From the NCBI RefSeq assembly GCF_001194135.2, contig NC_068993.1, positions 62,030,352 to 62,094,351 of the forward strand: a stretch of 64,000 nt of DNA, given 5' to 3'. The notes under the pieces were generated by a model. It ran no database searches. It was not told where the DNA came from and saw nothing but the letters and a program-made list of their open reading frames with translations. Within the stretch, counting starts at the first letter, position 1; each line of letters starts with the position of its first letter. A program made the position numbers and the translations under genes. This document shows, piece by piece, positions 51,001 to 62,965 of this stretch. The stretch comes from Octopus bimaculoides. Taxonomy: Eukaryota.

Positions 51001-54000
51001 CATTGTCACTACGTTTCCAAATCCTGCTGCATTTCATTTGGAAGTTTTGGTTTTCCAAAGTCTTGCTGTATAAATCTATCTACCTCTTTTTGGATGTAAA
51101 TTTTGGTCTGAAAAATGTGACTGCTATGCTGGAAAATATGGTATGTATCAAGAGAAGCTGAAAGCAAGATGCTTACCAATGTTCTGTGATGAACGGATCA
51201 GAGGTCTGGATTGTGAAACAGTGTATCTGTGTGAATCGAACGTGAGAAACTTGAGGAAAAGAAATGTCGACGTCATCTCAGACTCACCAACAACATAATG
51301 GACAACTTCCCTTGTCATCTGTGTTCAAGGATTGGACTGTTTTTACATCTGTCAACTCACAAAATGTAGGGTAAGATTCCTAGAGAGCAATGTTGTCGTC
51401 AACATTGACGGATGGCTATGAGCAAGTAATTGAAAACAACACCAGTTGATTTACTCTGACTAATACTGAGAACAAAGAGGCTTGGAAAGGTTATTCATGT
51501 GGGAGGTTGTTGAATGTGGGAAATTTGTAAGAGGGTCTACCACAAGTTGGGTCTGTATAAGATTTTGTCATTAAAATTTATCTGCAATAAATTGGTTGTA
51601 TTCCTACAATACTCAGAATATTTTAACAATTTTTCTTTTTATACAATTTCTAATAATATTTAAATATTAAAATACAAAAAAATTTTTCCAACATTGAATG
51701 GCTGTTTGAGTCCATCTGAGTAAAATAGGAATCAGAAGGGTTCCATAGGTTAAAAAAAAAGAGTTGAAATGACTGTTGGGGATATGGAAGGGGTGGGGGG
51801 TGGGGAAGCTGCTAGTCCATTAGAGAAAGTCATTGAGATGCTGAACATATCATTGATTGTCAATCAGATGATATAGAATCAGTGGGTGTGGTCAGACTAA
51901 CGATTGGTTTTGTAGTGCCATCATTAATTGGTACAAGGACAAAAGAAATACACATCACCAGTGTTATCATCATCATCATCATCATCATACCACTGTTTTT
52001 TTTCCAGGTTTGTAATGTTTAGACAGGTCATACCAAACCAAGTAAGTTGTTGTTCAAAGTTACTGTCTCTGTAGGATCAGTTGAAGGAGTTTGTCTCACT
52101 TCCGTGTTCTGGTCTTTGGAATGGTTTCTGTGGCTGGATGCCTTTTGTAACCTCAATCCCTTTACAAAGTGCACTAGGCTGGGGTGTATTTTATTGTGGC
52201 TGCAGCATAAGTGAGGTTGCTTTGTACACTGTAAGATGAAAAAGTCCTCACTGCTGTGTGGTGTGTGTGTTTTCAAGAATCATGAAAGTGAGTTATAGAG
52301 AAATCAATGATAGAAGAACCAGAACGGAGGGATGGAGGGAGTGATGGTTCAAACAGAGGGATGAGATGAGAGGGTGATAGAAGGGGAGAGGGAGGGGGAG
52401 GATAATTGAGTACAAACAGATCCCATGTCAGTCCCTTATACATAGGCTATATGATAGGCAAGATAGAGTGATAAAGGCAATAGTAAAGGAGACTGAACGC
52501 AGCTGGGTCCGTCTCTTATTACCTAAACCTTTATGGAAGAGTGAATGGGAGAAATCTACTGCCATCCTTAGCTACTCCAGTAGCATTAGTATAGTGGATA
52601 AGAAAGAGGGTATGCGATTGGTAGAGAGAGAGGGGGGGATAAGTGAAAGGAAGATGAAAGAGTATCAAAGGCTACAGGAGTGGCAGCAGATGGCACTTGT
52701 GGCCAAGAGACCCAAATCTAGACAATGCCCATTACTATGAGCTTTTAATGTTAATCTTTTTAACATTCGTTTAATCCCATTTGTACTGACAAGCAAATCT
52801 TTTCTTGTGTTGTGTGTCACAAGTCATTTTGGTCTCTGCGAGGCTCAGCATCCTGAAGTCAGCTTTCATTGCTTCCTCCCATGTCTTCCTAGCTCTTCCT
52901 CTTTTATGGGTGACATCAACTTTGAGTGTCCTGTACTTCTTCATTAAGCTGTCATCCTCCATGCTTATCACACACCCATCATCATTATCATTGTCTGTGT
53001 CATCATCATCATCATCATTATCATCATCATACATCTGCATTCTATGTTGACATGGGTTGCACAAGCCATACCAAACTGAATTTCCTCTTGAATCTCACAT
53101 TTAACAGAACAAGTTCACTCCATTTCTTTCAAGTCTTCACAAAATCCTCTACTTTCAGGCCCCACATCTCACTACCATTCAGCATTGTAGTTTGTACTTC
53201 AGCACCATACAGTCTCTTTCACTCCAAGAGAAAATCCTTTTTTAATGAGCAGAATTATTACCCTTTGAACTTCCAACTTGTTTTTACTCTGATTACTATA
53301 CTTTGTGCAATAATTACCTTCACTGTTAATTAGGTCATCTGCATAACAGAATCTTAACTACTTCCTGAAAGCCTACCAGGAATTTAAAAGAATCATATTT
53401 CCAAGTGCTCTAAGGGCTTATTAGCTCTGTGTATTTGCAGCATACAATATTTGCCTTTTCCATCAACCTGCCTATGATTTCACTATATGCTTCTTGTGCA
53501 CCCGTTCTTTACATCAGATACACTGTCTGGAGTCCCCATGTACTTTGTACTTCTTTTCTGCATATTGAGTACAGCCATTTCCACAACGGAAATGGAATCC
53601 TACTTTCTTGCCAATTTAATAATACTTTACAGTCTTCACTGAGTTGATGCAGAGGCCCCTCAGATCTGTTTTCTTTCCACATTTTTTTTATCTAAGAGTC
53701 TATCTAGCAGAGTCTTTCACAGATTCTGTTATTTAGACTACGCATCTAGGAATTACAGCAGACTGTGCTGGTGGCACGTAAAAAGCACCCACTACACTCT
53801 CAGACTGGTTGGCATTATGAAGGGCATCCAGCTGTAGAAACCTTGTCAGTTTAGGGTTTAGGGTTGTTATTTCCCCTAGCATTATCAATAGTCTCTCAAT
53901 CCGCTTAACTCTTCTTATGAAGTCACTCGTTAATGACCTATGTTGGTTGGTAGATTCTTCACCAAAGAATGACTTAGTATTTACAACCATCTGTTATATT

Positions 54001-56411
54001 CTGTTTCCTGCTCAGAATGAAGTTTATCTCGCATGTTCACGTGATTGGAAGGTGATCAAATGGCGATTTGGTTTCTTGAAGTTTGTGTTGCAGATGATTT
54101 GTTCGCATCATAGAATCCCCAGAAATCTTGATATCACTTCATTCCTTGACCATATCCTCAGCTACTATGTCTTCTGGTATAGCTATACCATGGCATAGCT
54201 TCAATGCTACTGCCTAACACATTCATTGAAGACACCAGCCAACATAATGATGATGCAGTCATTTGTCATCGAGCTAGTTTGTAATAAGGCCCAATAAAAA
54301 CAGTCCTTTTACTTATCAGTCAATCCCAGTTGAGGTGCAGAGATAACAGTTACTGTTGATTTATCTACAACTGGTTTAAACTTAATTATTCTGTCTAATA
54401 TTCCAGCTATTTTAATTGTTTATTTCTATCCACTCCTCCTCCACTAGTGTACCTACTCCACCTAATCCAACATTGTTACCATCTCAGAAGATTTTGAACT
54501 TGTGTGTGTATATGTTTGCGTGTCTGTGTTTGTCCCCCCCCCCCAACATCACTTGACAACCGATGCTGGTGTGCTTATGACTCCATAACTTAGCTGTTCG
54601 GCAAAAAAGACCGATAGAATAAGTACTAGGCTTACAAAGAATAAGTCCCGGGGTCGATTTGCTCGACTAAAGGCAGTGCTCCAGCATGGCCGCAGTCAAA
54701 TGACTGAAACAATTAAAAGAGTAAAAGACTTGCCACTTATTAATTCACTGCAGTTGAGTGGAATAATATTTTTCCTGCCCAATTTCCTGCTTTGTTTTGT
54801 TGCTGACTCGCATAATAATTTATTTATATCTAACTCTAGTGGGCTTCCCATTAATTTCCCTTAGTTCAACTTAAAAAAGACAAACCTCTCTTTATTAATC
54901 TATTTAAGTATGTACCAAAAATTTATTTTTTGTTCTCTGCTTATTTTCTGCCTTTATGCAAACAACTTGTATCCTGCTCTCTTTCATTTAATAGCTCTTT
55001 TACGTTTTTAGACTCAGGCAAATTCTCTTTTATTTTCTTCCTGCTTGAGCGTGTGGCGTATTAAATATTTTGTATTTGTTTTGTGGCTGGCTCAGAACGT
55101 TTGTTGTTCTTCTTTGTAAGTGGAGGCATGTGTGTTTGTGTGAATATGTGTATACTTTTATGCACATTCTTTTGTATGTGTGTGTATACACACACACACA
55201 TATGTACGTGTGTGGCTGTGTGGTAAGAAATTTGTTTCCCAGTTACATGATTCCATGTTCACTCCCACTGCATGGCACCTTGGGCAAATGTCTTCTACTA
55301 TAGCCTCGGGCTGACTAAACCCTTGTGAGTGGATTTGGTAGACAGAAACTGAAAGAAGCCCATCATATATGTGTGTATGTGTGTGTCTGTGATTGTCCCC
55401 CCACTATCACTTGACAACAAAAAACAAAAAACAAAAATGACCATCTCAAAATATAACAAAATGTTTCAACACACGATTTCACACCATGAATCTGTCAAAA
55501 CAAATTCTTAAACATACAAAGAAATGTTTAAATGTTTTGTATATTGTAGAAATATCACTGGTTTATTGCACAAATTTTAACAACAAAATCTTATATAGAT
55601 CCCAAGTGTCATGTGAACCCCAGTGGAGATTCACTGATTTAGATTAAGATACTATATATACATACATACATATGTATATATATATGAACATATTTATGTG
55701 TATTGAAGAATTCAATGCTGACAAATTAAAAAAAAATCTGCCTGTGTGTTTGTCTTTTCAATTACATTTTAATGTGTTTGTGTGTAATGCTATCCATTAC
55801 TGTGAAAACTTCTGAGAATTAGGCTAAGAAAATGTGCCAGCAAAGAACAAGTGGTGCATCCTGTAATACAGTTCGTTGCTCCCTCCATTTTTTTTTTTCT
55901 AAATATAAATAACAGCTGTTTCTAATCATTGTCCTTGAATCTACTATGGTACTATATATATATATATATAGATATACAGGGCAGGGAATCGTCAATTAGT
56001 AATAAAATTAATAATTAACAATTTTGCCAAAGGCAAGTTGTTTTTTTACTCTTCTCTTCTGTTTTTTGTTCTGTGTGTACCATAAATATCGCTATCAATT
56101 TAGAGAAAAATTTGTAGTTTTGGAATCAGTAGTTCTTTGGCTGCTATTTCTGAANNNNNNNNNNNNNNNNNNNNNNNNNNNNNNNNNNNNNNNNNNNNNN
56201 NNNNNNNNNNNNNNNNNNNNNNNNNNNNNNNNNNNNNNNNNNNNNNNNNNNNNNNNNNNNNNNNNNNNNNNNNNNNNNNNNNNNNNNNNNNNNNNNNNNN
56301 NNNNNNNNNNNNNNNNNNNNNNNNNNNNNNNNNNNNNNNNNNNNNNNNNNNNNNNNNNNNNNNNNNNNNNNNNNNNNNNNNNNNNNNNNNNNNNNNNNNN
56401 NNNNNNNNNNN

Positions 56412-56446
<35 letters not shown>

Positions 56447-59400
56447 CATACACACACACACACACACACACCCTGATGTAGGTGTAGGCATGGCTGTGTG
56501 GTTAAGTTTGCTTCCCAACCTCATGGTCTCTGGTTCAGTCCCATTGTGTGGGACCTTGGGCAAGTATCTTCTACTGTCAGCCATTTTATCCATTCTGATC
56601 AAAGCCTGGATTCAGTTGTTAGGAACTGAAAGAAGTTTGTTATGTGTGTGAGAGAGAGAGTGTGTGTGTTTGTGTGTGCGTGTTTTATTGTCTTGGATTG
56701 ACATAATAAATGAATGCCACTGTCATACAAGTGGTGTCGTTTGTTGTCAATTTGCTGCAAAAACATGTCTGGCCAAAAGGGGAAATATCATTCTCGCTTG
56801 GAAAAGAGATGAGGGTTGGTGACTGTTGATTTGTTGACTGGACATGGTTAAAGGTTGGTGGAGACATTCTTGAAATCCGACCCATGTTAAAGTGGTGATG
56901 GTGGTTTGTAATGATGATGATGATGATGATGATAACTGTAGTGGCAGTCTGTACCACTCACTGTGGTGACATCAGTGATGGTATCAGCAACAACATCAGG
57001 TGTCATCACATGGTAATGATAATAATAGTGGTCTGTGATAGTCATTCATTAAAATAGTGATATAATAATGGTCTGCGGTGTTGGTCAGGGCATCATTAAG
57101 TAACCACAGTCATTTCTGCAGCCTCAGAGATGGCAGCTGATTGGACATTTGAGAACAATCCATAGATTATTGCACAAAACTCAGAAACTAGGATATGTCC
57201 TGTTACTTGCATGATTCCGGAGCGCCAGCCCAGGCTGTTTGGCGATGTTGCTCAATTTTCCAATTTAGACCCTGCTTACCATGTCCTCCTCATCAAGGAT
57301 CTGACTGGGTTGGCAGCTCAATTTGTTTGGCCACGTCTTGCCACATGGTCACGCCAGATGAAGGGGATATCTCGCAGAGGTGTGGACTGATTAGGACTCT
57401 GCTAAACAGGCCACCCAAGAGGATCCGGGAAAATATTGTCAAGTGGTAAATGCAGCAAAGTGCTGTAACAGTGCATTCCCCCACTCCTCGATCTGACATT
57501 TTTTTTTTTATATTTTATTATTTTTTTTTTTAGTTATTTTTGCAATTCTATATTTATGATTTTAATTATATGTGCATGACACATTTGAAATTTAGGCATT
57601 TGTTGTTAGAAGACTCTTTAAGAAAAATAACATCTTAATAGGGATATGTAGGAGAATTTGGTCTAAACAAGGTCTTGCTTCAAGAGGAATTCCATAAACC
57701 TTCTTTGTGGAATTTGCTAGATTTATCACTTTAAAATGACCTCTCACACCCACCCTACAATGCCATTCAAAAAATAAACTATCACATTTTCAAAATCTTG
57801 ACGTTATGAGATATCATCATCATCATCATAACTTAACATCAGTTTTCCATGCTGCCATGGGTTGGAAAGTTGGACAGGAGCTGGTAAGCTGGAGGGCTAC
57901 ACAGAGTTCCAGTTGTCTGCTTTGGCATGATTTCTATGGTTGAATGTTCTTCCTAATGCCAACCACTTTACAGAGTGTACCTGGGTGCTTTTTATTTGGT
58001 GCCAGTCACCAAACTTAGTTCGATACTTAGAACATAGAATGAAATTAGATCAATATGACATACTTTGAACTATTTCGTGTTTTGTCTGATGAAATGTTAG
58101 ACATCAATCATGTCAACACACACAAATGATTTTATTTCTATATTTACATTGCATTTCTCTCTTTACTTTTTTTTTTAGCCTCACCGGGACACACTTAAAT
58201 ATGGGCAGTCTGAAGAACTGCCACTTTTTGAAGGCGAAAAGAATCAAGGAATGGGTAAGTCAGAAAAGTGAACACCAAAAAAGAAAATCCTTTACTTCTT
58301 TCCTTTACATTATTTACATTTGACGGATATTTGTCCTCATCTTGTTTGTTGTTAACACGTTAACACTTGTATTAAGAGTAAACTCTGTATTGACAACAAC
58401 TACAGAGAATGTGCACAGAAAGATTGCCAAATTAGTTATGTAGTTCATTACACAAGGTGCAATGAAGGAAAAAGTAAAAAGGTGAAACCACCTGCAGTGT
58501 AGGTGAAAGAATCAGAAGACAATAATGTGTGAAAAGAATGAAAAGAAACAAACATCTGTACTCTATGAACTTGCCATACAGAAACACAATAGATCAATAA
58601 ACAATGTTGAAATAAACATTGTTTGCACATCTAAAAGATCAATCTTTACAAAGGGTTACACATTGAAGAAGTAACTTCTGATTCAATATACATCCTTTGT
58701 AGAAAGAATGAATGGAGTCATAATGTCGCCTCCTCCAGCCATGGCCCACCCTTGTAGTAAAACAAGGAGGAGGATACAATAACGTTAAAGTTAACTAAAG
58801 TCAATTATCACACACAAGCATACATACACACACTTGCTCTCACTGACCCGGACAAACACTCTCTCATACACACAGCTTATGAAATACAAACACATATGCA
58901 TGCATGTGCACACACACACTCACACAATCAAATGTTCTTTTGTTGGCATCAACAAAGAACAAGCAAATGAAAATAAAAAGAAAAGCAGCAATTTAAATGA
59001 CAGCAAAGCAGTTACACAACAAGACACAGAGATGTGCTTGACAACACAGAGATGATCTTTGACAATACAATGTACAAAAGTAAATCAGTTGGCAAATTTG
59101 AAATAATTGAAAAGGCCATTGTTATGTGATAAAAAGTTTCTGACAGTGAAATTAAAACTGAAGTGAATCAGAAGCAGTGAGTGTGTTTACTGGTAGTATG
59201 ACCTTCCCAATGTGTGACAGTCACACACAGATGCACATGCATGTATTTACATATACGTACACTTATATATCTCGAAATTGATACAATGGTATGTTTCTAC
59301 CTACCAGCCTTTTATGTCATGCTAAGCGAATTAACTCAAATAAAAAGTGAGAAAGAGAGTGGGGGCAATGGAGAAAAAGAGAGAGAGGGAGTAGAGATTA

Positions 59401-59766
59401 GCATGCACATTAAGAGAGACTGAGAGAGAAAACATGAGAGAAAAGCAAAAGGAAAATGTAAAGACTGACAAAATGCCACAAGACAGTTTGCCCATCATGC
59501 TACACATTCTGCCAGTTTGCCACCTGAGTACTAACTAATAATGATAATAACAACAATGATTTCAAATTTTGGCACAAGGCCAGCAATTTCTGGGGAGGGA
59601 TAAGTTAATTACTTTGACCTCTATCTTATGGACCCCGTAAGGTTGAAATGCAAAGTCAGCCTCAGTGACATTTGAACTCAGAATGTAAAGATAGACGAAA
59701 TATTGCTAAACATTTTAACCAGCACCACAATGATTCTGCCAGCATACCACCACCACCACCACCACC

Positions 59767-59803
<37 letters not shown>

Positions 59804-62571
59804 CTACTATGGGCATAAGACCTGAAATTTGGGGGAGGGGGATAGTCAATTACATCGACCCCAGTGCATATCTGGTACTTATTTTATCAACCCCGAAAGG
59901 ATGAAAAGCAAAGCCGACCTTGAAGGAATTAGAATTCAGAATACAGCAATGGGCAAAATACCACTAAGCATTTTGTCTGGCGTGCTAACGATTCTGCCAG
60001 CTCACCAACTGAATAATAATAATAATAATAATAATACTGCTAATAATATTAACAACAATAACTCATTTACATCTTTCTTTTTCTCTTCCTCTTCCCAACC
60101 CACCAACAAACGAACGAACGAACAAACCAACCAACCAACCAACCAACCAACCTGCCAACAGCTCATGATGTCACTTATCTGTGCCCTTACAGTGGGGCTG
60201 TAAAAGGAACCTTGACTGTCACGAATTACAGACTTCACTTCCGAAGTGCTGAAAGGGTAAACTATTTCTTTTTTCAGTTTTTTTCAGTTTAATCAATTTA
60301 TAGATATATATGTTTTTTTTTGTATATAATCATTTTTTCCTTATTCAACCTAATTATGTACTTTATTCTGTTATCTTTTTTTTTTTTCAATCCTTACTCA
60401 GCTTTGAGGTAGGTTAGACCTTGATGATTATTTATGTGAGCTGTGAGTAATTAAATTAGACCTTGATGATGATAATGATGTAATAATAATAATAATGATA
60501 ATAATAAAACCATCGTTTCAAATTTTGGCACACAATGGAACAATTTTAGGGGGAGAGAGTTAGTTGATTATATTGACCCCCAGTACTTGACTGGTACTTT
60601 AATTTATTGACCCCGAGAAGATGAAAGGCAAAGTCAGCACACCAGACAAAATGGTCTGCGGCATTTCTTACAACTCTTTATATTCTGAGTTCAAATCCTG
60701 CTGAGATCAGCTCTGCCTTTTCTTTTCCTTTCAGAGTCAATAAAATAAAGTACCAGTCATGCACTGGTCTAACCTCCTCCTTTTCCTCCTCCTCTTCCTC
60801 CTCCTCCTACTGGCCTTGTGCCAAAATTTGAACTAATTATTGCTCGAATCTGTTTGTTTTTGTTGTTGGAAAATTTAATGAAATATTCTTTGGTTTTTCT
60901 CTTTGCAGATACCAGGTTATGAAGGCATTCATCACTTGTATTCAGACCAGACACTGCTTAAGGTTGTTAAACTGTTTCTTTTGACTAATAGATATTTCTG
61001 TTGTGAGTTAGGGATTTATATGTTGTTTGTGAATCAATGTAACTTGAAGTTTTAGTCTGTGGTTTGATGTGGTAGGTGAGGAGGGCACTGGCAGGGAGAG
61101 GCGATGCTAAATAGATATGGTCACCACTTTTCTAAAACACAATTTTTGTGGAAGAGGCGAGGAAAGAAGAAATTGGGGGGGGGGGGTTTATCTATTTTGA
61201 ACAGTTGGTGCTAATCACTATGTGGATCTCTGTGGAAAAAAAAAAAAGAAGCTCAACTGGTCATGTGATTTAGAAGTTTAGTTTGGTTTGTAACAGGCAC
61301 CTGCCACCAGTAATTACTCAAGGTAGGCAGCTGGGGAGCTTTATGTAGTAAAACACACAGAATAAGAAGCAAAACACAAGCACACGACTGAGTTGGAGGC
61401 AGATTTACTTCTGCCTTTATAGTGCATAAAGAAAACAGTGTTGTAGGAATGTATGCAGCATGTGTACTACAGCTGTTCTATGCGTAGCTTAAATACTGCG
61501 ATTGAAAGGCAGGGGCGAATTATGCCTACCGTCCAGTCTTCATGAGGTGTCTTGGGGAAATTTCAAACCTGCGTTCTCATTCCTAAGGTATTTTTCGATG
61601 TTATTATTATTCAGGTCACTGCCTGGAATCAAACTGGGAATCTTGAGGTTAGTAGCCCGTGCTCTTAACCACTACGCTGAATTTTCCCAACATACCTGAA
61701 GAAGGCTAGGGGGTATATCAGCTGAAACTTTCTGTTAACAACAAACAAGATAAGGACAAATATCCGTCAAATGTAAATAATGTAAATAATGTACATAATT
61801 CCTCATCTCTTAAATATAGAACTGTGGTTTCTTTCAGTCTCTGTCAATCAAATCCTCTCACAAGTATGCACCCATACTTGATTCCTATTGATTTCCAGGG
61901 GTTAATACAATAATCATTTGTAATAGGGTCTCTTATGATCAATAATTATAAACATATCAAGATGAAAGTCTTCAAATTATCAATAGATAACCCCAGGGTC
62001 ATGAGAGTTTACAATTCTGACACAGCCTTATCAAAATAATCAAGTCTGGCTTAATTAGGCTCGTTAAGATTGAATGGTCTGACAAGTTCAAGGTAATTCG
62101 ATAATCATATCTGTCAGGTTCAGAATAATTAATTGTGAAAATGGATTTCTTATGCGGTGGAGGAGGTGGCAAAGGTAGTTGCTGCTGCTGCCGCCGCCGC
62201 CGCCGCCGCCGCTGCTGCTGCTTGTTGTTGTTGTTGTTGGGTTTGTTATTATAAACCTCAATAAATCTCATCAATTTGTGATAATTGAAATTATGTAATT
62301 TGTCAGAATATAGACCTAAATAGAATGAATTAACCCTTTAACATTCAGGTTAATCTGTCAAATGTAATGCTTATTTATTCATGTTGTATCGAATTAATCC
62401 TGCTTTATCTTGTGGCTTTGAGATTTCAATGTTGTGGTTGCTTATTTTCAGAATAACATTGTAGGATCAGTGTGAGAGGCCAGATATAGCCAGCTTGAAC
62501 ATAAAAAAGTTCAATATTAGGGGCCGGATATAGCTGGTTTTAAATACTAAAGGGTTAAATATCATTGTGTT

Positions 62572-62618
<47 letters not shown>

Positions 62619-62965
62619 GGAAAAACGGATGCTAAGTGATGAAGATGGTGATGACAATCCAAACTATAAATGAAGTGTGTCTCTCTGAACATCTCACTTG
62701 TGTCTTTCATGCTGCAGTTGGTGATAATTTCTGTATTGGCTTTTTATTTTTTATTTTCTTGTTTGTTATTATTCTATATCTCCTTCTTTTTGCTATCATT
62801 TTTTAATCAGTCAACCGATTTATTTATTTGTTTATTTTTTTTTATATATTCCAGGATTCCTTTTTCATTCTGGATGTCCCTCTTGGAGTTATCTCCCGTG
62901 TTGAGAAGATTGGTGGTGTTTCAAGCAGAGGAGAGAACTCATATCGAATTGACATCCTCTGTAAA
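31069..62965 (+). CDS. MTMR2: Myotubularin-related phosphoinositide phosphatase (MTMR2/MTM1 family), 5' part; continues beyond the window
   Basis: Exons 31069-31378 (ATG 31097), 58179-58254, 60162-60256 and 62855-62965 join in frame. They encode a Ser/Thr-rich N-terminus and the PH-GRAM start ([66 protein letters not shown]). Assignment among MTM1, MTMR1 and MTMR2 cannot be resolved from this fragment. Confidence 0.9.
31097..31378 (+). CDS. MTMR2: MTMR2-like Ser/Thr-rich N-terminal exon (exon starts at acceptor, 31069)
   Basis: Pyrimidine tract plus cccag acceptor ending at 31068; [13 protein letters not shown]...STSEPATVK|gtaagt, phase 0, compatible with the 58179 exon. Low complexity, so assigned by position and phase rather than homology. 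Confidence 0.7.
32365..32900 (-). mobile_element. Decayed RTE-clade LINE, reverse transcriptase fragment
   Basis: Minus-strand [40 protein letters not shown] matches the RT motif LRQLQEK..LYLAFVDLEKAFDRVP. Confidence 0.85.
36542..36640. repeat. Perfect 15-bp tandem repeat x6.6
   Basis: CCATCTCCTGGCTTA six times plus CCATCTCCT. Confidence 0.95.
37810..38220 (+). mobile_element. tRNA-derived SINE with CORE-like CACCTTGGGCAAGTG segment, two-part with internal (TG)n (representative)
   Basis: GTGTGG..TGGTAAGAAACTTGCTTCCC..GGTTCAGTCCC..CACCTTGGGCAAGTG...GGTGCTCCAGCATGGCTGCAGTCAAATGACTGAAAC. Related copies at 7495-7835, 9640-9810, 35230-35345(-), 43810-43970, 54520-54725, 55210-55420, 56480-56660. 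Confidence 0.8.
38960..39480 (+). mobile_element. Possible decayed Penelope-like RT fragment
   Basis: [23 protein letters not shown] resembles PLE HKPGNPGRPIVS..SxFLDHHL. Confidence 0.35.
42620..42900 (-). mobile_element. RTE/BovB-like LINE C-terminal fragment
   Basis: [18 protein letters not shown]...[18 protein letters not shown]...[10 protein letters not shown] (C-terminal zinc knuckle). Confidence 0.8.
44636..45300. repeat. (CAC/ACC)n low-complexity tract with internal gap
   Basis: Direct reading; explains the poly-T/H/P/V/G ORFs. Confidence 0.9.
48050..48700. repeat. Degenerate (CT)n-rich tract
   Basis: Direct reading. Confidence 0.9.
50226..50443 (-). mobile_element. Near-complete copy of the Deu/Nin-core SINE
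   Basis: Reverse complement of the 441-668 family, head to tail. Confidence 0.85.
50700..51370 (+). mobile_element. Decayed RTE LINE fragments
   Basis: [28 protein letters not shown] and [19 protein letters not shown]. Confidence 0.6.
52790..53720 (-). mobile_element. Decayed RTE LINE, RT to C-terminus
   Basis: Minus strand shows [19 protein letters not shown] and [39 protein letters not shown]; many stops. Confidence 0.8.
53880..54280 (-). mobile_element. Highly decayed LINE RT fragment
   Basis: Minus-strand GIAIPEDIV.. and TS*EELSGL resemble RT subdomain motifs. Confidence 0.4.
57130..57480 (+). mobile_element. RTE LINE C-terminal fragment
   Basis: [26 protein letters not shown]...[11 protein letters not shown] resembles IRERQLRLFGHVARF..DP...RPRLTWLRQ. 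Confidence 0.7.
58179..58254 (+). CDS. MTMR2: MTMR2-like exon (76 nt)
   Basis: ttttag|[25 protein letters not shown](A)|gtaagt; aligns to vertebrate EEPPLLPGENIKDMA. Confidence 0.9.
58300..58358 (-). repeat. 5'-truncated copy of the family-2 element tail
   Basis: Reverse complement GTGTTAACAACAAACAAGATGAGGACAAATATCCGTCAAATGTAAATAATGTAA matches 61731-61790. Confidence 0.8.
60162..60256 (+). CDS. MTMR2: MTMR2-like PH-GRAM exon (95 nt)
   Basis: caacag|(A)[31 protein letters not shown]|gtaaac. Confidence 0.95.
61526..61677 (-). mobile_element. tRNA-derived SINE-like element whose body runs into a hammerhead core
   Basis: Reverse complement: GCGTAGTGGTTAAGAGC (A box)...GTTTGATTCC (B box)...GAAATTTCCCCAAGACAC-CTCATGA-A-GACTGGACGGTA. 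Confidence 0.7.
61689..61738 (+). ncRNA. Degenerate minimal hammerhead ribozyme motif (family 2)
   Basis: AACAUAC-CUGAAGA-A-GGCU(AGGGGUAUAUC)AGCU-GAAA-CUUU-CUGUUAAC; core present, stems partly decayed. Confidence 0.5.
62334..62554. mobile_element. Second TTAA-type MITE family
   Basis: TTAA-CCCTTTA ... TAAAGGG-TTAA; related copies at about 14050-14270, 40890-41170 and 49265-49430. Confidence 0.7.
62855..62965 (+). CDS. MTMR2: MTMR2-like PH-GRAM exon (111 nt)
   Basis: ttccag|[37 protein letters not shown]|gtaagt. Confidence 0.96.
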
